Source of the DNA: Sarea resinae
Lineage: Eukaryota
NCBI GenBank assembly: GCA_026026165.1
Contig: JAPEUD010000011.1
Coordinates: 496,001-519,905, forward strand
Direction: 5' to 3'
DNA length: 23,905 nucleotides
A program made the position numbers and the translations under genes. Shown here piece by piece: positions 11,898 through 21,541 of this stretch (positions within the stretch are counted from its first letter, which is position 1; each line of letters starts with the position of its first letter). Below the pieces are notes generated by a model that had not been told where the DNA came from, did not search any database, and worked only from the letters and a program-made list of their open reading frames with translations.

Positions 11898-12160
11898 CTA
11901 GTAGTAAAGCGTTATCTAGTAGCAAGACAACCTTTATATACTGCTATACTAGCTAAGTTCTTACGTAGAGATTTGCTACTAGTAATACAATAAGCCTTAG
12001 TAATAGACATTCTCTTACCTTTTCCTTTTCCTTTCCTACTAGTACTAGGGATAGTCTTATAGGTAGTACACTTAGTACAAGCTATTGTCTAGTAAAATAT
12101 TACTATTAAGTGTTACTAGTAGAGGTAGGAAAGAATAACTTACTGTATTAGTAACTATAA
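11898..12160 (-). pseudogene. Histone H3 N-terminal-tail-like gene, RIP-mutated and truncated by the gypsy insertion
   Basis: Minus strand 12055 to 11915 reads TIPSTSRKGKGKGKRMSITKAYCITSSKSLRKNLASIAVYKGCLATR. Reversing transitions only gives TGGKGKGKGKRMSITKARRITGGKSPRKNLASxAARKGRPATG, versus H3 [27 protein letters not shown]. Putative upstream intron 12143 to 12056 (GTAAGT...AAG). Confidence 0.7.
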
Positions 12161-12367
12161 TTATGTTAAGAGAGTAAGAGTGTAGTGTAGAGAGTGCTAA
12201 AGGAGAATCTTTAGTTAGTATTAAAGAAAGAATCTAGAGAGTTGTCTATAGTTAGAAATTATTAGCTAAGTGCCTTTATAGTCTTAAATATTACCTAAAT
12301 GTGTTACTATTAAGTAGTAGTTCTTAAACTTACCTTAACCTTAAAACTTAAAGAGCACTAAGAGAGA

Positions 12368-12820
12368 AATCTTAATAATGCTAATAATAGAAGTAATAAA
12401 GTTTATTAAGTCTTATTAGTTTAATAATAGAAGTGATAAAGTTAATAAGAGAGAGCAATCCTCTTACTATAGAAGAAAGTTGCTAATAATATAGGTAGTA
12501 AAGTTAAATTAAGTAGTAGACCTATATAATATTAAGGTAAACATTCACTATAAGGTATATACCTTAGTTAGTGTTATTAGCTAGTTAATAAGGTATATAC
12601 CTTGTAGTAAATGTTATTAACTAATTAATAAGGTATATACCTTATAGTAAATGTTATTAATTGTTTAATAAGGTATATACCTTTTACTTAAATCTTATGT
12701 GCCTAGTTCTACCACGCAATTTAACTTTACTACCTATATTATTAGTAACTTTCTTCTATATAAAGAGAAATGCTATTTTTTATTAACTCTATTACTTCTA
12801 TTATTAATATCATTAAGATT
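12368..12820. repeat. Inverted repeat (~120 bp arms, 12421-12540 and 12684-12807) enclosing four AAGGTATATACCTT palindromes
   Basis: Perfect 14-bp palindromes start at 12552, 12590, 12630 and 12670. Arm sequence ATAGAAGAAAGTTGCTAATAATATAGGTAGTAAAGTTAAATT is matched by its reverse complement at ~12718-12760. Confidence 0.92.
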
Positions 12821-12899
12821 TTATTAATTTTATTAATCCTATTAACTTTCTAACTGTTTAGGCAGTAGAAAGTTATAAGATAGGTAGCTAATTACTCTC

Positions 12900-14820
12900 T
12901 AAATCACTTATATCACCTATAAGCTCCTCTTAGAATAAGGCAGCTATAGAGAATACTAGTATTATAAAGAAGAGGTGAGTTTTAAACTTCTAAGTAAGAT
13001 AGAGTAAGGTGAAACTAACTTCTTCTTAGAAACTATAGCCTACTAGCAGCTTAGGTCTAAGAGTAATATATTAAGGTAATAATAATACTATAAAAGGCTT
13101 ATATTAGTGTAAGAAACAATAAAAGCTTAAGAAAGCAAAATCTAGCATAACTAAGCTAAATCTAGAGATAGAAGAATATAAAGACAATAATTAACTGCCT
13201 ATAGATCTTAATAATAGGGCTGTAAGCAATTCTCTATATAGTAGCAGCAGTTAGAAAGGAAGTAGTAATAAGAAGATAGATAGTAAGGCTAGGTAATGCA
13301 TTTAGGTAATAATATCTGTAAATATCTGCTAATAGTGCTACTCTAGTAATAGCAGCAGCGATAAAGTTAAGATAGTCTCTATAGTTAAGAAGATAAAGGT
13401 AAAGTTCTTAGATAAGGTTAGAAAAGCAAAGTTCTTAGACAAAGTAAGAAAGGTATATAAGAAGTAGAAGTAGTAACACATTCTAGTAACAATTCTAAAC
13501 ACAAAGCTAATAACATAATAGGACTATATCTAAGAGATAGAAGTAGAAAGAGACTAACCTTAATAATAAGCTAGAGAGCTTAGACTCTTCTACTCTTAGA
13601 AAGAGATATCTAAAGTAACACATTTAGGTAACATTGTTTGCTAGTGACTAATATTAGTGCAACTTATAGTGCAACCCCTATAACATCCTCTTATTCTAAG
13701 AGAACATTTAACCTAGAGATAGCTAGCCTAGTAGAACGTGTAAAAGCCTGCCTATAAAGACGTTATACTAGTAAGATAAGGCCTAGAATAGTTCTCTATA
13801 GCAAACAACAACAGATTGCTAGAGCGTAGCTTAAGGAAGCAAAGTCTAAAGCATTAGAGTTAGAGCTAGATAGTAAACTTAGCGATACTAAGTTTAAGAA
13901 GACACTAAAAAAAGCAGATAAAGCAGATAAGAAAGCAAAATCTACTTTAAGAGGCAAACTCTATCGCGAGAATAATTACACTAGTATAATAACAGCATAA
14001 TAATAAGACTTTAAAGAGACTGTTATAGACTCTAAAATAGACAAATTAATAGAACAACACTTTTTCCTCTACTAGTCTGCTAAGTAGGTTACTATATAGC
14101 AGTAAAAGGCTATTAAAGTAGAGAAAGCAAAGGCTAAAGATAATAAGCAGATAGTTAAGGATGTTGTTAATATCTTACTACTTAAAGACAATAGAGATAG
14201 CTAACCTAATAGTAGTGCTAATCCTAAGGTAACACTTTTAAGTAACGTTTCTTTATAGCATTTGTCTAATTAGTTTAGTAGAGATAAAATTTAGATAAGC
14301 CTAACTTATTATTTAGAGCATAGAGTAAACGCATTAGAAGTTGCTTGCTAAAAGTAGTCTGCTGCTATAAGAGAGATATCTACTGCTATAGCTATAATAA
14401 TCTAGTAGAAGCTAGTGATCTTAATCTAAAAGAGGTAATGTTAGAGTTTATAGAGCAGGTTAAAGACTATACAACTCTCTCTAATAGTAATATAGAGGCT
14501 AGGACTAATTTTGCTAGGTTTAGCAATTTAAAAGCAAAAGTGTTTCTATTATCTAATAAAGATATTAACCTAATCTTAAGTGATAAAGAAGACTTTATAC
14601 TGCTAACTATAGGAGAAAAAACTTAGCTAGAGAATATTCTTAAAAGAGAGGACCTTGCTATTACTAGATCTGCTATAGAGAAGGCTCTACTAATAACAGC
14701 TAAGAATGTTCCTATTAATACAAAGGAGAGTAAGAATAACTCTACTAATAATGCTAAAGAGAAGGACTTTAGTTCTAGTGCTACTAAAGATAGTAATAAG
14801 TAGAGAGGTAGTTATAGCTA
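12900..14820 (+). pseudogene. Multi-intron gene of unknown function (charged, likely helical protein), RIP-disrupted; ends approximate
   Basis: Fungal-type short introns, e.g. 12975-13029 (GTGAGT..CTAAC..TAG), 13293-13346, 13615-13657 and 14229-14278. The last intron joins the long frame 13683-14228 to the frame of ORF-track 14345..14626. No family was recognised. Confidence 0.6.
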
Positions 14821-15189
14821 AGTGGCTTTTCTTTATTAGTTTATATCTGCTTAGAGGTGGATTTTCACTTTTTCTCTAGAATTTAGTTTACTAAAAAGGT
14901 AACACTTACTAGTAACATTGTATATATTAATTACATTAGGAATGCACATTCTCTTAATTAAATTTTAGCTGTATAAACTCTCTCCTAATAACTCTAGTAG
15001 ATAGCTATATTGTATTACTCTCTTTATAGTCTCTTTACTATGTTTGTTTAGTTATACTAAACCTAGCAACCTTTAATATTAATATTTAAGCAAATACTTC
15101 TCTAGTTAAAGGCACTTCCTACCTCTTTACTCTGCTATATATTCTAAGGCCTTCTGCACTTTCTTATCGCTGTAAATTTCTCCTTTACA

Positions 15190-17968
15190 ATGTCTAATTT
15201 GTTTAAAACATTAGACTATAAAGAACTTAGAGATAGTATATAAAGGTCTACAGCTATTAAGTCTAAACCTATAACTATTACTTTAGCTTTAATTCACTAT
15301 GTTCTAAAGGTGTTACAAAGGGATTCTACATAGCGAATAGTTATCTAGCAGCAATTATATTATAATACTTTTATCTTCTAGTAGCAGCAGACTGCTTATA
15401 CAGATATAGGTTAATATAGAAGCCCTTAATAGAATTCTAAGATATAGAAAAGCATAACCTAGTCTCTCTTCTACTAAGTTGCTAATGTTATAACTAGTTG
15501 CTTAGAGGTAATGTATTAATAATACAGATGTTAGTAAGAGTATTCTAGTCTTAAAGAGATAGGCACTTCTGTAATAAAACAGCACTATAGCTCTTTAGAG
15601 TGTGTTTAGTCTCTTATAGCAGGTATAATACACACACTTAAGGCTCTTTAGACTATAGTAAGATATTGCTATATATAATAGATCTCTTAACTAATACCTC
15701 TATCCTTAATACTAGCAACATGCTTTAGCACTAAAGATTCTCTAAACCTTAGAGCTATTCTCTTAGTTAAGCTAGTAACACCTTCTTCTTAAGATAATTC
15801 TATTAGCAAATCTTCTATAGCAGATTATAGAAAACCACTAGTTTAAACAATACTTTCTCCTTTACTAGCTAGGCCTTTAAATTCTAAGGCGATAATAGGT
15901 TTATAATAACATTTATAATCGATATACAAAGATCTTACTAAGGATTCTACAGAGACTAGGCCTAGAAACTAAAATTTCTATTGCACTAGATATATAGCAG
16001 AGTCTAAATAAGATATCTTTTCTTTCTATAATAGAGTATTTTATTAACAAAGACTAGAATTACTAGGAAGTCCTTCTAAGGTTTAAAAAGATAACTAAAG
16101 AGCACTCTAGTTATAACATAGCTATGTTACTACTTAATTAACTTTAGTGTTTTAACATTTAAGTTTGTTTTTAATGTTTATAGTAACGCTTTTAAGTAAC
16201 ATTACATTATAGGATTATATACTAGCTGTAACAACAGATAACGCAGGTAATAATAACATAATACATTAAGAGCTAATAAGTCTACTTACTAATCACTATT
16301 AGATTGTATAGGATTATAAGATTATTTATATACCTTGCCTTACACATGTTATTTAGCTTACAGTTGTAGCTTTTAATAAGTGCCTAAAAATTACTGCTTT
16401 AAACAAGTTTATATAAGATACCTAGTTAGATACAAACTAAGAGCTACTTTAGCAGCTTCTTTTTAAAGACTCTTTTAGCAGCACATTGTAAAAGGTAAGT
16501 GCTAATAACCCTTATCTATTACTACCTCTAAAGTTTCTAGATTTATACACTTGCTATCTATATTACTGCTTTATTACAGCGAACTACACGCTTTTATAAT
16601 CTGCAGCTAACGCTAGTTAATATAATCTAAGATATTAAAACTTAATAGAACTTAATATATAATATGCTAAAGCAGGTCTAGTAGCTGTAAGATACTCTTT
16701 AGATATTTCTTATTAGTAAAACTAGTCCTACTATATATAGAACTTATGTCTCTCCTACTAGTTAGGACTATATTCGCTATCTAATTGTCTTACTAAAGCT
16801 ATTTAATAATTAGATAAGAGCTGTGTCTTAGACTAAAGGTGTAACTATCTATAAGACTTAGTTTATATACTCTTAGATTTTTAAGCACTTAGAGAAGTAT
16901 CTAAATAAGATACAGCCTAAGCAGATACTCTAGAAACAAGAGCTTACTTCTGCTATAGAAGTAGTAAAGACTAAGCTCTCTAAGTACTACTAAGATACTA
17001 AAAGAGTATAAAAGAGAATGTTTAATTTAGCATATATCTTTAATCCTTTAATAAGGCTTAATCTATATAAAGTATATTACCTAAATCTATTACCTTTACC
17101 TTATCCTCTAGAAATGTTTTGCTAATAGCTAAGAAGTCTAATAACTAGGGCTATAAATATTTGCGAAAGTACTAGCGCAAATTTAAGGACTATTATTAGT
17201 TGCATTATATAAGAACTAAAGTTACCTCCTTAGATATTACTACACTCTTTATATTAGCATTAGATATTAATTCACTTATATAGGCTAAGACACTTTAGAA
17301 ACAATATTACTTTGTTATAGATTTAGTTAGTTAGTATCTATCTTTGCTAGCTACAGATTATAAGGATCCTTTATAGGTAACACTTTTAAGTAATATTTCT
17401 ATATATAAGTGCTAACATTCTACTAGTTCTAGCAATCACACTACTAGCCCTTACTTAAACAAATAGTAAAAGACATTCTTACTATACTTAGAGCTGCTAT
17501 TAGTGTTAAATAGACTTTTAATAAGGTATAAAACCTTATTACCTTTTATTAAAGTCGCCTTTTAGTAGAAACAGTTTAGAACACTATAGTTGTAAAGTAC
17601 TTTAATTGTGATAAACTCTGCTTCTATATAGGTAAAGATAAATCTAACAGTATTTCTAAGGACACTAATTATTAACACACGCTATTAGCTGAATTTAATA
17701 ATTATTTACTTGTTATTAGTAATAATAATAAGCTAACCTTAGTTAATAGTAGTCCTATAATATAGGATAACACAGACCTATATAGGTTTTCTAGTAATAA
17801 GCACTCTTTACTACTTCTATCTCTACCTATAGTGCAGCTAGATAAACCTACTTTATAGTAGCAGTCTTTGCTTTAACACTCTAGGTATAACAACGCTTAA
17901 TCTATATTATCTTAAAGAAAGCGCCTGTATTTAACTGTAGATAATTTATTTATTAGGTTAAAGGTATA
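15190..17968 (+). pseudogene. hAT-superfamily transposase with 5 introns, RIP-disrupted
   Basis: ATG at 15190. BED-like finger (GTSVIKQH...C) at ~15450-15605. ISIALDI*QS (D at 15989), AVTTDNAGNN (D at 16237), PCLTHVI (CxxH, 16336-16347), DIKT**NL (DVKTRWNS), and dimerisation domain KDILTI..AAISVK*TFN (VER; E>K at 17508). Introns 15658-15715, 16163-16212, 16495-16540, 17072-17133 and 17377-17426 each restore the frame. Confidence 0.93.
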
Positions 17969-18330
17969 GAGGCTCTCTTTTAGAACTAGTCTATTTCCTT
18001 CTTAATTGTATAAATAGTTACACTTGTAGTAGTTTGCTTTATATATACTATAGCATATATTTATCTCTATTAGAGTAGAATTAGTTCTAGTAAAACATAC
18101 TATATTATAAAGGTTTAGAGGATGATTTAGTGGTTTTTATATAGTGTAGATTATATAGAACACTATAAACTAAATATATAGAGTGTATTATTATACTATA
18201 ATTCTTATTCTATAATTCCTATAGTTTTATTGCATTTACTCTCTAGATATTACCTCTATATATTACCTTTTAATAATCTTATCTTATTAATCTACTCTTT
18301 ATCTTATTAATTAACCTGTATATACCTAAT

Positions 18331-18455
18331 AGGTAGGCTATAGGCTCTACAACTAATTAAGCCTACCTAAACCTAACCTAATTATATAATTAGGCAGGCT
18401 AACCTACCTAAACCTTAATTTAGGCTAAGTACCTAAACCTAAGTAGATAGCCTAT
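18331..18455. repeat. Cluster of short ACCTAA(A)CCT/TAGGC repeats, probable hAT subterminal or terminal region
   Basis: Repeated ACCTAAACCT-like units and a perfect palindrome CCTAATTATATAATTAGG at 18377-18394, ~370 bp after the transposase end. Confidence 0.55.
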
Positions 18456-18456
18456 A

Positions 18457-20200
18457 AAGAAGTATCTAGGTGTAATTGTCTGCTTAGAAAGAATCTAAAT
18501 AAATAAGAGCGTCTTTATATAATAAGAAGATAAATAATAAGCCTTAGGCTAAATTATATTAAAGTGAACTTAGTTAATTATAAAGAGAATACACTAATAG
18601 GCAGACAATATATATCTAATAACACTTAGACTACCTTATACTTAGTAGAACAGCAATAAATAAGCAGTAAGGTAAATTAAACTATAAGAGAATCACCTAT
18701 AAGATTCTAAGATCTTCTAATAAATAGATATCCTATATATAGGTCTACTACTAGTTAGAAGGCAGTAAAACAAACTAACTAAAGAGATATCCTTTAAAAG
18801 CCTAACCTTTTTAACAGATAACTACTAAGAGAGCTTTATATATAAGATCTGTTAATAAACACCTTCTAGAACAAATTATTAATACTACTTCTACTATTAT
18901 TAGTAAGTCTTACTCTTAGAGTACTTGTTTTTAATTTTGCTTATAGATAATAGGTTCTAAGCAATAATAAAGGACTCTTATCCTCTAGTCTCTATTCTAA
19001 AGCAGTTAGTATTAACTTAGACTCTACCTCTATATATGTTTTTAATAAGATAGATACACTAAAAACACTACACTAATTATCTAGCACTCTATAGACATTT
19101 ACAAATAATTAGAGTGCAGGTTTAAGTTAGCTTCTTACACTAGATATAAGAGTATATATAAAGGTTTAAGTGTATTTAAAAGAGTGCTATCTACACTATA
19201 GGTATTAGAATATTTATCTAATAGCTAAGGCAATAATAAAAATATATATTATTACTTAAGACTCTTTCTTAAAAAGCAATAGTATAGCTACTATCTGTGC
19301 TAACATATAGAACTAGGCTTATACAAAGGCAAAGGTAATTAAGATAGAGCATTAATTTCCTTATTCTATTAAGGACTCTAGATAATACAAAATAGAGCTG
19401 CTTATATATATTAAACCTATAGTAAGTAAAACTATTAGGTGATATTTCTACTATCTACCTACTAACTCTAAATAATTAAATCTTATTAGCTATAATTTAG
19501 AATAAGCTAGTAATAAAGATATATTATATTATAATGTTATTAACTAGTAGTAGACCTATATAATCTGCCTCTTACTAAACTAGAACAACTTAAGAGAAAA
19601 GTAAGTTAACTACTAGATTAAGATAGTTTTAACTGTTAAGATATATCTATCTATATACAAATCTCTTTACTTATTTTAGTTAGCTAATAGTTTTTAGAGA
19701 AGGAAAAAGAGATTATTCTACCTAGTAATTATATATATTATACTTAAAGAGTTCTTTAATAAAGTCTAGAAACTAGCAAATATTAGTTATATATTAGATG
19801 CTTTTAAACAGATTACCTATTAGCTAATATATATTGTATCTACTATACTCTATTACACTCTCTTTAAATAAGAAGAAAGAAGCTTTACTTCTTAAGATTT
19901 TACTAGAGATAGTATAAGTAGTAAGTAACTAGCTAGATATAATAGCTAATAAATAATATAATAGCTAATAAACACCTAAAGGTCTACTAGCACTAGGTAG
20001 CTACATAGAATTTTCTAAGCAGTTAGTAGTAAAAAGCTATCCTTCTACTAATAAAGAAAGCTATTAATAATAGTAATACTTTAACTCTTAGAAAAGTCTA
20101 TATTCTAATAGAAGAGTTCTATAATAATAGAGAAGAGAATCTAGAGTATTAAAAAGTATTACTTAAAGAACAAGTTAAATTACAAACCTAATTAGCTAGA
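18457..20200 (+). pseudogene. RIP-degraded coding relic(s) of an unidentified repeat
   Basis: Protein-like stretches such as RLFYLVIIYIILKEFFNKV*KLANISYILDAFKQITY*LIYIVSTILYYTLFK (~19700-19870), and intron-like GTAAGT...AAG at 19601-19640. Family not identified. Confidence 0.3.
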
Positions 20201-20846
20201 GCAGATACTAAGTAGTATATTAATAGTTTATATTATTATTAACTAACTAACCTATTTTCTTAGTTAGTAGATTTGCTATATAATTAACACTATTTTTTGC
20301 ACTATATAGACTCTATATAATAAGTTATCTATACTATATAGTAGCTACTAAAATACATGTGTATTCTATATTTATTAGTAATATAGTAGGTGTCTATATA
20401 TATTTTATCTAATCTCTAGAGATTAGTAAGTATAACTACTAGAATCTACTATAGTCTAGTAGTAGGTAAAAGAATAGTTATATAGTTAATACTAATATAT
20501 TATATAGAAGATATATAAAGTTAGTGTATTCTATATAGTACTATAGTAGCTGCTACTTAAACTACTATATATATAGCGCTACAGTATTAACTGTTTATAA
20601 TGTAAGTAATATAGGTTATATAGCGCACTTATAGTCACTTATAGCACACCTCTCTTTTTACTAATATAGTAGAATCTATACCTACTTAATACTAGATAGT
20701 AGTTAATATAAATAGGTAGTTTATAAAATATTAATTAATAAAGTAGTATAGTAAATAAAAGCAGTTATTAGTTTGTTTAGGCTATATAGATCTACTTTAT
20801 AGGCTTGCTCTATACTATACTATAGATATATATACCTAATAATAAA

Positions 20847-20997
20847 GTAAGTAGAGAAAGGTGCTAAAGAAGTATAGAATATTTGTTTATTATAAAGTTA
20901 GAGATTCTAGCTATAAGAGTGTAATGCAGTTAATATATAGACTTAATTAAACTTAACTAACTTACTAAAAACTTCTAGTAATAACTAATTACATAAC
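20847..20997 (-). repeat. Older copia LTR fragment (opposite orientation), interrupted by the next element
   Basis: Reverse-complement match to ~21367-21510 and direct match to ~23802-23905. It is more TpA-converted than either. Confidence 0.85.
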
Positions 20998-21532
20998 TAT
21001 TAGAATTATAACCTTAATTCTAGTCACTCTTAAGTATCTAGACTATTATAAAATATTATATAATAGGTAGTATAGATATATCTAGAAGCTTTTATAGACC
21101 TATAGAAGCTAATAGAACTCTATAAAAACTCTATAGAATCTTATAGAACATTCTAAAAGATTTTATAGCTATACTAACTAAGTATTACTATATGCTAACT
21201 AAGTATCTAGAACCTTCTAAAACTCTCTAGAATATTCTAGAACTATCTAGAAGTCTATAGAATCCCTTAGATATCTATAGAACTCTATAATATAAGGGTT
21301 ACACAACTATCTCCTAACTTTCTTACAAAGCATATGTTATTATCAGCCTATTACTTACAAATCACTTATGTAATTAGTTATTACTAGAAGTTTCTAGTAA
21401 GTCAGTTAAGTCTATATATTGACTGCCTTACACCTCTATAGCTAGAATCTCTAACTTTACAATATATAATTATTCTACACTATACTTCTTTAGCACCTTC
21501 CTCTACTTATATCTTTGTGCTACCTTCTAACA
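20998..21532 (+). repeat. 5' LTR of a Ty1/copia element (535 bp)
   Basis: Termini TATTAGAA (RIP'd TGTTRGAA) and TTCTAACA form a short inverted repeat. The 3' end matches the LTR end at 23779. Internal TAGAA-rich repeats. Confidence 0.8.
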
Positions 21533-21541
21533 GTTACAAGC

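Larger units (their letters stand above)
11898..18455 (+). mobile_element. Putative large multi-gene hAT DNA transposon; left part cut off by the gypsy insertion, right end approximate
   Basis: Contains a hAT transposase. The GTAAY-N8-GTAAY motif occurs across 12099-18266 and ties the three genes together. A cluster of short ACCTAA/TAGGC repeats at 18331-18455 resembles a subterminal region. No TIR pair or TSD is visible in the window. Confidence 0.6.

Noticed and set aside
12552..12683. CRISPR-like array of palindromic repeats
   Set aside because: The spacers are near-identical to each other, the context is eukaryotic, and there are no cas genes.
12900..13290. Histone H4 partner gene opposite the H3-like gene
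   Set aside because: No H4 motif could be recovered in the frames examined, even after reversing transitions.
17519..17541. TAATAAGGTATAAAACCTTATTA, resembling the 12.6 kb palindrome
   Set aside because: It lies in transposase coding sequence (FNKV*NLIT), is imperfect, and is likely a chance product of RIP.
18355..18445. Telomere-like CCTAA repeats
   Set aside because: There is no regular hexamer period and orientations are mixed; RIP'd subterminal repeats explain it better.
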